A stretch of DNA of 64,000 bases from an uncultured Acidobacteriota bacterium (GCA_963707825.1 CAVPRP010000011.1:524858-588857), one strand, 5' to 3'; counted from the stretch's first letter, positions 1 to 11,652 are shown. Numbers and translations: made by a program. The notes: generated from the sequence alone by a model not told the origin.

Positions 1-1630
1 TGCGCGGGAACCGCACCGCGATGCCCGATCGATGGCGCGCGGATTTTGCGATGGCCTCGAAGCCGAGTTCGATGACGTGGATCGGCTCGACGTGGCGCAC
101 CGGCCCGAATCGCTCGACCGTGTGCCGGCGGATCCAGCGATCCATCTCGGCAATCTCGTCGTTGGTGAGGCCCGAGTAGGCCTTGGCGACGGGCACCAGC
201 TCGCCGTTGTCCCACACGCCGAAGGTGTAGTCGGTGAGCAGGCTGGCGCGCTTGCCCGAGCCTGGCTGCGCATAGATCAGCACCGCGTCGATGGTGTGCG
301 GATCGATCTTCCATTTCCACCAGTCACCACGCTTGCGGCCAACGCCATACGGCGAATCGAGCCGCTTGATCATCAGCCCCTCGACACCGCGGGCGCGCGA
401 GTCTTCGCGCAGGCGGGCGAGCTCGTCCCAGCTCGCCGCGTCGATGAGCGGCGAGATCTGCAGCGTCGGCGCCGCCTTCGCGCCGTCCCCATCGTCTTCG
501 TCATCGTCGAAGGGCAGCAGGGCATCGGCACGCGGCCTCGAGACTGATGCCGGCCCACGCTGCGCGTGCGCGCCGGCGATTGCCGCCACCAGCAGCTCGC
601 GACGGTTCGCCAGGGGCAGGTGACGGATGTCGAGGGCGTCGTGCTCGAGGATGTCGTAGGTCATGAAGACGACCGGGATGTCGCGCGCCTTCCGCGACAC
701 CTGTCGCTGCCGGCCGATGCGCTGCTGGAGGGCCGAGAACGGCATTGGCCGTTCGCCCCGATAGGCGAGCACTTCGCCGTCGAGCACGGTGCCGTCGGGC
801 AAGGCGGCAGCCGCCTCGCTGACCTCGGGGAAGCGATCGGTGATCAGCTCCTCGCCGCGTGACCACAAGTGCATGTGTCCGCCGCGCTGGACCAGCTGCG
901 CGCGGATACCGTCCCATTTCCATTCCACCTGCCAACGCTCGCGATCGCCTAGAACCCTGGCCATGTCGCCGGGACCGGCCACTTCGTGCTCGATGGGAGA
1001 GGCGAGGCAGAACGGATACGGCCGAGAAAGGTCGATCGCGCTCACGCCTGGCGCCGTCAACGAGGCGTACCAGTCGGCCGTCGGCGTCCAGTCGCCCATC
1101 AGCCGAGCGGCCACCGACGTCGCGGGAAGCGCCGCCGCCTGCGCCAGCGCGCGAACCACCAACGTCTGCGAGACGCCCACCCGCAGTTCGCCGGTCAGCA
1201 GCTTCAGCAGCGTGAACCGCTCCCATCGCCCGAGGGCACGCACCCAGTCGATCACCAAATGCTGTTGACGCTCGGCGCTGACCTGGCGGAGTGGAAGGAT
1301 GCGATCTTCGACCCAATGGGCCAGGCTCAGCTCGTCTGCGGGGGTGGATGGCAGCTGATCCAGGATGAGTGCCGCGGTTTCCGCGCCGTCACCGACGACC
1401 GCGTAGCACTCCGACAGCAGCCATTCGTTCAGGCCGGTCGCGGCCATCGCCCAGTCGCCGAGCGCCTTGCCTGGCACGAGGCGCTTCAGCCGACGCCCGG
1501 TGAGGAAGAACACCGCCCACGCTGCATCCGCCGGCGGTGCCGAGGCGAAGTAGTGCGCCATCGCCTCGACCTTGGCGTTGGTGGACGTGGTGGCATCGAT
1601 CGCCGCGAACAGGCGGGCAAAGCGCGTCAT
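1..1630 (-). CDS. ATP-dependent DNA ligase (ligase-associated DNA damage response type), runs off the left edge
   Basis: Manual minus-strand translation from ATG at 1630 (MTRFARLFAAIDATTSTNAKV...): motif I EWKWDGIRAQ, LDGEV, YDILE, EGLMIKR, WWKWK, YAQPGSGKR, IAVRFPR. Start overlaps the exonuclease stop. Absent from the ORF track because there is no stop in the window. Confidence 0.95.
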   Translation of the reverse strand, partial: MTRFARLFAAIDATTSTNAKVEAMAHYFASAPPADAAWAVFFLTGRRLKRLVPGKALGDWAMAATGLNEWLLSECYAVVGDGAETAALILDQLPSTPADELSLAHWVEDRILPLRQVSAERQQHLVIDWVRALGRWERFTLLKLLTGELRVGVSQTLVVRALAQAAALPATSVAARLMGDWTPTADWYASLTAPGVSAIDLSRPYPFCLASPIEHEVAGPGDMARVLGDRERWQVEWKWDGIRAQLVQRGGHMHLWSRGEELITDRFPEVSEAAAALPDGTVLDGEVLAYRGERPMPFSALQQRIGRQRQVSRKARDIPVVFMTYDILEHDALDIRHLPLANRRELLVAAIAGAHAQRGPASVSRPRADALLPFDDDEDDGDGAKAAPTLQISPLIDAASWDELARLREDSRARGVEGLMIKRLDSPYGVGRKRGDWWKWKIDPHTIDAVLIYAQPGSGKRASLLTDYTFGVWDNGELVPVAKAYSGLTNDEIAEMDRWIRRHTVERFGPVRHVEPIHVIELGFEAIAKSARHRSGIAVRFPR

Positions 1631-2628
1631 TCGTAGTCGTCCGCGCCGCCCTCGTCTTCCCACGCCGTCCGGATCACGCCCGATTCAACGTCGTGCTCCC
1701 GCAGGTAACGGGCCAGCGCCTCGGCATGGCCGTGCGTGGCGAGCACGCGGCTCGCGCCCGTCTCGTCGATCGTCGAGAGCAGGGAAGGCCAGTCGGCATG
1801 ATCCGACAGGACGAAGCCGCGGTCGTAGGCGCGCTGCCGCCGTACGCCGCGCACGCGCATCAGGCCGGAGACAAGGGCATCCGAAATGTCGCCGAGCCGA
1901 CGCATCCACGGGGTGCCGCGCGCCGACGGCGGGGCAAGAACCAGCTCGCCCGCGAGCGACGTGCCACGCGCTCTCTCGACGAGCGTTTGCGTCGGCAGCA
2001 GGCGCACGCCGGCGTCACGGTAGACGTCGATCATCGGCACCATCATGCCGTGGACCAGCACCGGCTGGTCGGTGACGCGGGCGAGCTCGGCGAGCAGCCG
2101 CTGCGCCTTGCCGATGGTGTAGCAGAAGGCGATCGAAGTTAGCCCGCGGTCGCGATTGCCGGCCCACCACTCCATCAACTCGGACATCACCTGTTCGGTC
2201 GGATCCCAGCGGTAGATGGGAAGCGCGAACGTGCTCTCGGTGATGAACGTGTCGCACGGCACCACCTCGAACGGCGCGCAGGTGGGATCGGCCGCGCGCT
2301 TGTAGTCTCCCGAGATGACCCATACGCCGCCGGGGCCTTCGATCCTGATTTGAGCCGACCCGAGGACGTGGCCGGCCGGATGAAAGCTGACGCTGGCCTG
2401 GCCGAGCGTGATGCGCTGGCCGTAAGGGATGGACTCCACGGTGGCGCTCGAGCCGAAACGCCGGGCCAGCAGCGGCGCACAGGGATCTGCGCACAGGTAC
2501 GAGGCGCTGCCAGCGCGCGCATGATCGCCGTGCGCGTGGGTGATCAGCGCGCGCGGGACCGGACCCCATGGGTCCACGTGGAAATCGCCCGCCTCGCAGT
2601 ACAGACCGGCTGGCGTCTCATGCAGCAC
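1627..2628 (-). CDS. Ligase-associated DNA damage response exonuclease (metallo-beta-lactamase/beta-CASP fold)
   Basis: ITHAHGDHAR, AGHVLGSAQ, SGDYK, ITESTF, LSDHADW and THG motifs; translationally coupled to the ligase. Confidence 0.93.
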   Translation of the reverse strand: MLHETPAGLYCEAGDFHVDPWGPVPRALITHAHGDHARAGSASYLCADPCAPLLARRFGSSATVESIPYGQRITLGQASVSFHPAGHVLGSAQIRIEGPGGVWVISGDYKRAADPTCAPFEVVPCDTFITESTFALPIYRWDPTEQVMSELMEWWAGNRDRGLTSIAFCYTIGKAQRLLAELARVTDQPVLVHGMMVPMIDVYRDAGVRLLPTQTLVERARGTSLAGELVLAPPSARGTPWMRRLGDISDALVSGLMRVRGVRRQRAYDRGFVLSDHADWPSLLSTIDETGASRVLATHGHAEALARYLREHDVESGVIRTAWEDEGGADDYE

Positions 2629-2734
2629 CCGTCAAGCCTGGCGCAGGCTCTGAATCGGGTCAACCGTGGCGGCGCGTCGCATCGGTATCCACGACGCCAC
2701 CACCGCAGCTGTCAGCGCCACCACAGCCGCCGCC
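2460..2734. repeat. Direct repeat copy L (exonuclease 5' end plus permease 3' tail); partner at 13548-13826
   Basis: 2634-2734 is identical to 13726-13826 (101 bp, compared by eye); the remainder aligns with about 80-94% identity. Confidence 0.95.
2632..2734 (-). pseudogene. Orphan duplicated 3' tail of the ABC permease at 13724-16362
   Basis: Encodes AAAVVALTAAVVASWIPMRRAATVDPIQSLRQA*, identical to the permease C-terminus, with no upstream permease sequence. Confidence 0.9.
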
Positions 2735-2843
2735 AGGTTCGGCCGCCTTCTGGGCGTGCCCTGCACCATGAGACGCTGACCGTGCTGTATGGAGGTGCGC
2801 GTCTTCTCCAATACAGGCCTGCCGGCGGTGCGCATCTTTGCCG

Positions 2844-3780
2844 TCACCGACTCCGCCGTCCTGCGTCCGCGAGCGCTGCACTCTTGTCGTCGATGCGCTG
2901 CAACAACTCGTGCCACGACACGAACGACGTTGCGCCGTCGCGCTGCAGCTGTTTCGCGAGCGCATCAACATCGATGCCGGCTCGCGTAACGCGCGCGACC
3001 ACTCCTCGGCGTCGCCGCCATCCTCGGCCATCGCGCCGGTGAGCTCGCCGTGCTCCGCCAAGGCGTGTAGTGTCGTTTCGGGAATGGTGCTGATGGTGTC
3101 GGCGCGGCCAACGCTTCGACGTACATCGGGTCCGATGCCTCGGGATCCTTCGTCCCGGTGCTGGCCCAGAGCAGACGCTGAGGGCACCTGCCGCCGCGAG
3201 CGTACGCCAGCGCTGAGACGCCAGCAGCTCCCGATGAACCCGATAGGCACGTGCCGCGATCGCGATGCCGAGCCGGTTTCGCAGGTTGGCCGGCACCGTG
3301 TCATTCACGGCGTTGTCCCAGCGGCCGACGAACAGCGAGGCGACCGGCGCGACCCGCGGATTGAGCCCGGCGGCGAGGCGGCGTTCGATGCCACGCAGAT
3401 AGGCTTCGGCGACGGTGACGCACTGCTCGCGCGAAAACGGCAGGGTCACGTTGATGGGTACGCCAGCGAAGATCGATGCCTCGATCGCTGGAACCCCTTC
3501 CGGCGTCCCTGGAATCTTGACGAACAGGTTGCGCCGGTCGGCCTGCCGGTAGATCCGGGCCGCCGCATCGATGCTGCGCGCCGTGTCATTGGCCAGCAAC
3601 GGCGATAGCTCCATCGAGACCCAGCCATCGGCTCCCTCGGTGGCGTCATATACAGGCCGGAACAGGTCAGCGGCGCGGCGCAGATCCTCGAGCGCCAGCC
3701 CCACGAACAACTCTTCTCCTCGTTGCCCGGCTTTCGCCTTGTCGTGGATGCCTTCGTCACAGGCGTCGGTGTCCGCCCAA
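2844..3780 (-). pseudogene. tal: Transaldolase, 5'-truncated and frameshifted
   Basis: LALEDLRRAADLF, DGWVSMELSPLLA, NLFVKIPGTPEG, INVTL, VASLFV, ADTISTIPETTL and GIDVDALAKQLQRDG spread over several frames; N-terminal region missing. Confidence 0.8.
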
Positions 3781-4091
3781 TCTCGGAACGGGCGGCAAAC
3801 GGGGCGGGAAGAGCGAGAAGCGTACCGCCAGCGGTGAATCCGAAGCTGCCGCGAAGGCTAGCGTTCGAGCATACGGTGTCGGGCTTACCAGCTCCGTCAG
3901 GGCGGCGCCAAGCCCGTTCTGGTTGGGGGCTGGCGACGCCTGCGTCGCGGTCGCAAAGGCGGCGATCATGCCGGCCGTCGCAGATACCTTGATTCCCATG
4001 GTCAGCATACCCCGGGCTCCTTTCGGGTCGCGATGGCGACGCTCTACCTGTTAAAGGCGCAGACGCGTCGCGAGATCTATCATGCGAAGCT

Positions 4092-4640
4092 ATGGAGAAC
4101 GCGAATGCTCCGGCTGCCGGCATGGTGCGTCGGCGCGCGGGGGCCGGTGACGCGGTCCGCGGAGAGGTCAGCACGCTTCTCCGTGCCTGGAGCGACGGGG
4201 ACCAGCACACCCTCGCCCAGCTCACCCCGATCGTGTACGAGGAGCTCCGACGCCTGGCGCGCGCCTACATGCGACCTGAGCGCGCTGGCCACAGTCTGCA
4301 GACGACCGCCCTGGTCAACGAGGCCACCTGCGGCTGGTCGACTACAAGCGTATGCAGTGGCAGAACCGCGCCCATCTCATGGCGGTGTCGGCTCAGGCGA
4401 TGCGCCGCATGCGCGTCGCCGGAACGTGAAACGTGGCGTCGACCAGGAGCGTGTCTCACTCGACGCGGCCGCTCTCATCAGCGCCGACCGCTCCGACGAT
4501 TTCGTGTCCCCTCGACGAAGCCATGAGCGCCCTGGCGGAGACTGGCCCCGCGGAAGGCACAGGTCGTGGAACTGCGCTTCTTCGGCGGGCTCGGCGCCGA
4601 GGAGACTGCTGAGGTCTTGCACGTGTCGACCCCAGGATGC
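4092..4640 (+). pseudogene. ECF sigma factor of the kinase-associated type (TIGR02999-like), frameshifted and 3'-truncated
   Basis: [13 protein letters not shown]...[31 protein letters not shown], then [15 protein letters not shown] and VVELRFFGGL in other frames; ends abruptly at the glycosyltransferase stop. Confidence 0.8.
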
Positions 4641-4641
4641 G

Positions 4642-5898
4642 TCACGAGTCGCCCCGTCCAATCGAGTTCTCGGGGACTATGCCGCGGGCCGTCGCGATCT
4701 CTTCATAGAGCGACTGGGTGCGCGTCACGTTCTGGGCCAGACTGAATTTCGCGACCAGGCGGTGATAGCCCGCTTCGCCCATCGCTTCGGCTCGGCGCGG
4801 ATCGTCGAGCAGCTCCGTGATCGCCCCGGCCAGCGCCGCGGCGTCCCCGGGCGGGAACATCAGGCCGGACACGCCGTCGTCGACAATCTCTGTGATCCCT
4901 CCGCCGCGAGACCCGACGACCGGCTTGCGGCACGCCATCGCCTCGAGCACGACCCGTCCGAATGGCTCTGGTGACACGGAGGCGTGCACGACCACGCCGG
5001 CGATGCGAAGGACGTTAGGCACGTCCGCGCGGAATCCGGTGAAAATCACGTGCTGGTCCAGTCCGAGCGACGCAACCAGGGCGCTCAGGTCCTCGGCGTA
5101 GCCGCGGTCTTCGGCGGCCGTGTCGCCCACGAACACACACCGGCACGTCGGGTGGCGGCGTACCACCTCACTCATGGCCCGGACCAGTGTCTCCTGTCCC
5201 TTCCAGTGCTTCAGGTTGCCGACCATCACAATAACCATGGCGTCGGCAGCGATGCCGAGTGTCGTCCGTACCGCGGCTGGCTCGAGGTCGAAGCGCATCG
5301 CCGCGGGATCGAGGCCATTGGGAATGGTATACAGATTGCCGAAATCTGCGCCACGTTGGCGCAAGCTCTGACGCACCGCGTCCGAGATGCAGATCACGGC
5401 GTCCAGCCGCCGGCCGAAGTAGCGAGCGCTGGCCGAATAGCTGTCGTTGATGCCACGCTCGTGCGTGATGCAGATCCGCCGCATGAGCAGCGCGGCCAGC
5501 ATCCAATCGTGCCCTCGCGTGATCGAGTTGTTGAGATGGATGATGTCGATCCGATGCCACGCCAGATACGCGGCTCGTTGCAACGCCGGATACGCAAAGG
5601 CGCTCCACGCATTCAGGAGGCGCCGCGCCTGTCCGAGGAGGCCGCCCAGCATGGCGAACGGGGCTCGTCCGGCCGCGCCGAAGGTGAACCGTCTCGTGGT
5701 CTTCCATACGATGGTCGGCACGCCGGCCGCGTCAAAGGCCGCCAGGAGCGTGTGGGGGGTGTAGAAGACCACCACCGGCTCGTAGCGCGACCGATCGAGG
5801 GCCGCCACCAGGTAGAGCAGGCTGTAGTACGAGCCGCCGATCGTTCCGTCTACATTGCTTTCGCAGTAGAGAACTCGCAGCTTCCGATCGCTATCCAT
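4642..5898 (-). CDS. Glycosyltransferase family 4 (GT-B)
   Basis: VGNLKHWKG, FTGFRADV, EPFGRVVLEAMACRKPVV, GGITEIV; ATG at 5898 just downstream of asnB. Confidence 0.9.
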   Translation of the reverse strand: MDSDRKLRVLYCESNVDGTIGGSYYSLLYLVAALDRSRYEPVVVFYTPHTLLAAFDAAGVPTIVWKTTRRFTFGAAGRAPFAMLGGLLGQARRLLNAWSAFAYPALQRAAYLAWHRIDIIHLNNSITRGHDWMLAALLMRRICITHERGINDSYSASARYFGRRLDAVICISDAVRQSLRQRGADFGNLYTIPNGLDPAAMRFDLEPAAVRTTLGIAADAMVIVMVGNLKHWKGQETLVRAMSEVVRRHPTCRCVFVGDTAAEDRGYAEDLSALVASLGLDQHVIFTGFRADVPNVLRIAGVVVHASVSPEPFGRVVLEAMACRKPVVGSRGGGITEIVDDGVSGLMFPPGDAAALAGAITELLDDPRRAEAMGEAGYHRLVAKFSLAQNVTRTQSLYEEIATARGIVPENSIGRGDS

Positions 5899-5939
5899 GC
5901 GGCCCAACTGACTGGCGCCCGACTCTGCCGCGGCGCGCG

Positions 5940-7756
5940 TCACGAGTTCGGCCTGAGCCATCTGTCGCGCCATAGTTCCGCGTTGAGCAGCTGGTAAAGA
6001 AAGAAGCTCGGTTTGATGCCGCCGGCCGCGAACTCGTCGAACAGGCCGAGCACGGGCCGCTCCTCGAACACTCTGCGCCACAGCGCGTCGCCCGCGAGCA
6101 ACCTCGAATGCAAGTCTTCGATCGGCATGGTCCGCAGCAGGCGATCCATCGGCACCACCAGCCCATGCTGTTTGCGTCCCGAGATGCGCTCCGGCAGCAG
6201 CCGCTTGGCGAGCGATCGCAGCACGGCCTTGGTCTCACCGTTCCTGAGCGCGAAGTCGTCGGGGATACTCAGCGCCCATTCGACGTAGGTGTGATCCAGA
6301 AACGGCACTCGCGCTTCGATCGACGCCGCCATCGTGGCCTTATCCACCTTGATCAGCAGGTCGTCCTTCATCCACCCGGCCATCCTGAACAAGCGGTTCT
6401 GCCCATCGTGGTCTGCCCTTCGTCGTGAACGAGGCGGTTGATTTCGTCAACGGTCCGCTCGACCGGCGTTCGCAGGCGTGGCAGGAGCGGCGGATACTCG
6501 TCGATTGGGAAGGCCAAGTTGGTGAAGCGGGCCAGGAATGCCGACTCATCGAGTTTCGGCAGGCCCAGGCGCATCGCCCAGCGCGTATTCGTGCCCACGA
6601 ACGGCACGAGCTTGCCTAGCCGGCGTCGGCGTATCAAAGCCTGCAGCTGCAAGAAACTGCGGTAGCCGACGTTCGTCTCGTCGCTGCCTTCTCCCACCAG
6701 CGCTACCGTCAACGACTCGCGGGCGCGGCGCGACACCTCGACGAACGGGATGAGGGCCGGATCCGACACCAGATCCTCCGCGACGTCCACGGCCCGCTGC
6801 AGCTCGGCGAGACCAGGCGAAGAAATCGAGACAATGTGATGCTCCGCACCGAGGTGCTCCGCAACCTGACGAGCGTAGTCGGCTTCGTCGAGATCACTCC
6901 CTGGAAACGAGGCGGTCAGCATCGGCATGGGATGGGCCGACTGCCGTACAGCCAGCGCCGCCAAGACGGAGGAATCGAGACCGCCGCTCAAGAAGACACC
7001 GGTCGGCCGCTCGGACATGAGATGCGACTTCACGGCCGCGCTCAGCCTGGTCTCGCATTCTTCGACGGCGTCGTCGAAGCTGCCAGTGAACGCGGGCTGC
7101 CGCCGGAGTTCCCAGTAGCGCCGGGACCTCAGACCGTTGCCATCGATCCGCGTAATCTGGCCGGCCGGAAAGCGCTCGATACCGATGAAGGCGGTCTGGG
7201 GCTCCGGCACATACCGGAACGTGAAGTAGTCGGCCAGGCGCTCATCATCGGTTTCGGCCTTGACCGCTCCAGGCAGCGCCAGGAGCGCGCGAATCTCGGA
7301 CGCGAAAGCGAGGCCGTGCGAGGTCTGCATCTGATACAGAGGCTTGATGCCGAGCCGGTCACGGGCCACGAAACAGCCCTCGGGCGTCGCCAGGAAGATG
7401 CCGAACATGCCGTGCAGGTGTTCGACGAAATGCTCGCCGTATTCTTCGTAGAGATGCACGATGACCTCGACGTCAGAACCGGTACGGAAGACGTGACCTT
7501 GTTGACGAAGTCGTTCTCGTAGCGCGACGTGGTTGTAGATCTCGCCGTTGCAGACCACCCAGATCGACTCGTCCTCATTGGTCAGCGGCTGGTTGCCGCC
7601 TTGCACGTCGATGATGGCCAGGCGGCGAATGCCCATCGCCCAGGCGGGCCCTTCGGCGACGCCTTCAGAATCGGGTCCGCGATGCCGAATCGCGTCGAGC
7701 GCGCCCGTGAGGCCACGACCCGCGCCTGGGCCCACTACCCCTACAATCCCACACAT
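5940..7756 (-). CDS. asnB: Asparagine synthase (glutamine-hydrolysing) family amidotransferase; one frameshift near 6410
   Basis: MCGIVG, HRGPD, RRLAIID, NGEIYN, ARDRLGIKPLY, LSGGLDSS, GEGSDE, then LLIKVDKATMAASIEARVPFLDH in the next frame. Confidence 0.88.
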
Positions 7757-7789
7757 CGATAGGCTCCTAGTCGTGTGACCCGGTGCGCG

Positions 7790-8800
7790 AGCGCATCGGC
7801 AAAAGCTTCGTTGAATCGCGCCTGCCCATCACACCCGATCGGCCGCCTGCGGCGGGGTGCTCGCCTCGCCGGGGGCAAATCGGCGGCGAAGGTCTGATGC
7901 ACGGGCGTTCCGACGACGATTTCCTCTTGGTCGTAAAAGGGGTACATTGAGTTTGTCTCGTCTCCAGGTGCGACCCAACAACGAAAGGTGTGCGGGACGG
8001 CGGCGCCTGGATCATCCCCGAGTATTACCAGAAGTTGCCCCTGCCAAGCATAGGCGGTGGAACCTTGAAGGTCGCGGACGAAGAAAATATGGAGCGCGCC
8101 AGGCACGCCGCCGTGATCGTTGAACAAGGCAAGATCCTGTGCCTTCTGCGCGGCAGAATTTCATGAGTTGTGGCCCAAGAAACACTTTTTTGTCATCGGG
8201 ATACTGATCTCCCTAACGGGCTGCGAGAGTTGAAAGACAATTCCGGCTTGGGCCCAGAGGAGACTCAGCGAATCCGGCGCGCTTTCGACAAAAAGATTCG
8301 TGATCTCCGCGTAGTGCCGCCGCTGGCGGTGGGTCCGACAATCGCAATGGGCGATGCAATTGACCGCGTTAGCCGCATCGCTGATGCGGACCACCTGACC
8401 GTCGCAAATCCTGTTTTTTCCGCCGTCGGGATTGCGTACTCGCACACGACGGACACCGCGGATCGCGCCGAGAGAGCCGGATGGCAGGCTGAAATGGATT
8501 TCCTCCTGGGTGACGCTGCTCACAGACAGATAGTAGCTCGGCCGCGAAGGCTGGGACCAATCTTCCACCGACAGCTGAAGTCCCGGTTGGAAGGCCAGCC
8601 CCTTGAGCGTGAGCTGCGTGTTGGCCTCCCAGTGCCAACGCTTCGACCGGCAGAATGTGCAGCATCACGCGGTTGCTTCGGCGGCTGTAAAACGAGTCCG
8701 TGGCACCGGGAGGACGGATGACGACAGGGTGCGGTCCGCCGGTGGCGGTCATGGGAACAACGAATGAAGACAATCTGATCCTTTGCAGGGTCGAAATTGC
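7790..8800 (-). pseudogene. Decayed hypothetical protein, possibly IPT/TIG-like domain plus metzincin-like remnant
   Basis: Minus-strand ORFs 8161-8568 and 7741-8127 are in frame across a stop; they contain IHFSLP...VRVRNPDGG, LHIFFVRDL and NSMYP. Base composition looks less GC-rich than the flanks. Confidence 0.3.
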
Positions 8801-8852
8801 GGCATTGACGATGACCATGTGACCAGGCAAGTGGTGGGCCAGGTTCACCGGT

Positions 8853-9180
8853 TTGCGGGACGCACGCCTAGTGGTGATGTTGCTCCGAGATTGTGCCGGT
8901 CGAATCTATGCTGGCCTCAGCGGTCACACGTGGGGTCGTTTCGGTGAAGTCCGGTTCCTCTGGGTGGACCAACCGAGGCGCCACACCGGCATCGGCAGCC
9001 GTCCACTCCGCGCGATCGAGGAGGAAACTCGCGCGCGAGGCTGCGGCAAGAATCGTGCTGTACACCCGCCGCTTCCAAGCACCCGACTCCTATCTCAATC
9101 GTGGTTACGTCGTTGCTGGCGAGTTCTCCGACTACCCACGGGGACACAGGTCGACCCCGATACCGCGTCGACACGACCGT
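8853..9180 (+). pseudogene. GNAT N-acetyltransferase remnant
   Basis: [15 protein letters not shown]...EEETRARGC, then in another frame [19 protein letters not shown]...DYPRGH. Confidence 0.7.
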
Positions 9181-9270
9181 TGTTTCTTCGCGCGTGCTGG
9201 CGTATCGCCGAGTCGGCCAGCGCCGTTCCCCATAAACTCGGCTGATGAACTATCCTCAGGACTCCTGAAC

Positions 9271-11652
9271 ATGATCGGGCAGACCATCTCCCACTATCGC
9301 ATCCAGGAAAGGCTGGGCAGCGGTGGCATGGGCGTGGTCTACCAGGCTGAAGACGTGCGGCTGGGCCGCGTCGTGGCGCTGAAGTTCCTGTCTGAGGAAC
9401 TGTCGCGACACCCCGCCGCCATCGAACGGTTCCAGCGCGAGGCACGGGCCGCCTCCGCCCTCAATCACCCGAACATCTGCACGGTCTACGACGTCGGCGA
9501 GCACGATGGCCGGCACTTCATGGCGATGGAGCTCCTGCGAGGGCGCGCCCGCTGCATCAGCTCATCGACGGTAGCGCTCGACCCGTCGACGAAGTGATTG
9601 ACGTGGGGATCGAGCTGGCGGACGCACTGGCGGCCGCTCATGCAAGAGGCATCGTCCATCGCGACATCAAGCCCGCCAACATCTTCGTGACGGAACGCGG
9701 CCAGGCGAAGCTGCTCGACTTCGGGCTCGCCAAGGCACCAGTAAGCGGCCCGGGGCCTGGCACGGCGACCGACCGAGGAGCAGCTGACGCACCCCGGGGC
9801 GATCCTGGGCACGCTGGCGTACATGTCGCCCGAACAGGTCCGCGGCGAAGCGCTCGACTCGCGGACCGATCTCTTCTCGCTGGGCGCCGTGCTCTACGAG
9901 ATGACGACAGGCCGGCAAGCCTTTCCGGGCAAGACCGCCGGGCACGATCCATGAAGCGATCCTCAACCGGGCGCCGGTCCGGTCGCACGCGCCAACCCGA
10001 ACTCGCCAGCCAGGCTCGACGATGTCATCAACAAGGCGCTCGAGAAGGACCGCGCGCTGCGATACCAGAGCGCGTCGGAGCTCGCGGGCCGACCTCCAGC
10101 GCCTGAAACGAGACAGCCGGGTCCGCCAGTGCCGGGTCGGCGGCGGTCGTCGCTGGTCGGGGAGCGACCCAGCGATGGCGCTGGCCGGCTATCACGGTGG
10201 CGGCCCTCGTGCTGTTCGCGATCATCGGCGCCGCCGCATACCTCGGTGGTGTTCTACGCTCGGAGGGTGCGATCGACTCGGTGGCGGTGCTGCCGTTTGT
10301 GAACGGCAGCGGGGATCCTGATAACGAGTATCTGAGTGACGGCCTGACCGAAAGCCTGATCTCGAGGCTGTCACGCCTCCCGACCCTGCACGTGGCGGCG
10401 CGTAGCACCGCGTTTCGCTACAAGGGCACGGAGATGGACCCGCAGAAGATCGGGCAGGACCTCCGGGTGCGTGCCGTTCTCTCCGGACGCCTGCTGAAGC
10501 GAGACAACGCGCTGGTCGTGCGAACCGAGCTCATGGATGTGGCGACCGGTGCGCAGCTGTGGGGCGATGAGTTCGTCCGGCGGCTCAACGACATCTTCGC
10601 GCTCCAGGACGAGCTGTCGAACGAAATCTCCGAGGCTTTGCGGTTGCGGTTGACCAGCGAGGACCGGCAGCGGCTGACTAGACGCGACACCGACAGTCCG
10701 GAGGCGTATCAGCTGTACCTGAAAGGCCTCTACTACTGGAACACGCGCAACCCGGAAGGCATTCGCACGTCGATCGTCTACTTCAATCGCGCCATCGAGG
10801 CAGATCCGGGATACGCGCTGGCGTACGCCGGCCTTGCCGATGCCTACAATCAGGGATCGTTCTTCAACATGGAACCGCCGCGCGAGGCGATGCCGAAAGC
10901 GAAGGCGGCAGCGGCCCACGCACTGACGATCAACCCGAACCTGGCTGAAGCGCACATCTCACTGGCCTACGCGGCTTTCACCTACGAATGGGACTGGGCC
11001 GCGGCAACCAGGAACTTCGACCAGGCCATTGCGCTCGACCGCGACGCGGTGATGAATCACCCGTACTATGCCGTTCTATCTCACCGTTGACGGCCGATTC
11101 GATGACGCCATCAGAGTGGCGAAAGCTGCATTCGATCGCGATCCCCTCTCGGCGTCGCGCAGCCATACCCTGGCCGTGCAGCTCGCCCTGGCGGGCCGCC
11201 GCGACGAGGCGATCGAGGAGTGTCGCCGGACGATTCGACTGGACCCGAACTTCGCGGTTGCATACGAGGTGCTCGGCGGCCTGCTTGCCGCAAAGCACAT
11301 GTACCTGGAGGCGGCGACCGCCCTGGAGCAGAGTGTGACACTGAGCCACGGCAGCGCGATGTCGCTGGCCAACCTGGGGTACGTGCGTGGCCGTCTGGGA
11401 AAGGGCGATGAGGCGCGCCGGATTCTGCAGCAGCTTGCCAAGGCATCGAAGGGCGCGTATACGCCGGCGTATGCCTTTGCCATCGTCCATGTCGGTCTCG
11501 ATGAGCGCGACCAGGCACTCGACTGGCTCGAAAGGGCTTTCGAGGAACGGTTCAACCGGCTTGCATACTTGAGACGCGAACCGGTCTGGGACTCACTGCG
11601 TCAGCAGCCTCGGTTTCAGGCCCTCTTGCACCGTATCAACCTGCCTGAGTAA
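9271..11652 (+). pseudogene. Ser/Thr protein kinase with TM segment, TolB-like region and TPR repeats; several frameshifts
   Basis: [58 protein letters not shown]...YLSDGLTE, AYQLYLKG and TPRs across at least five frames. Confidence 0.88.

Noticed and set aside
3757-4008. 83-aa ORF with a signal-like start upstream of tal
   Set aside because: No recognisable family; lies in a decayed region; cannot be supported as a gene.
5940-7756. Lasso peptide cyclase (asnB-like) cluster
   Set aside because: It has an intact N-terminal Cys glutaminase domain and a glycosyltransferase neighbour; no precursor, B protein or RRE seen.
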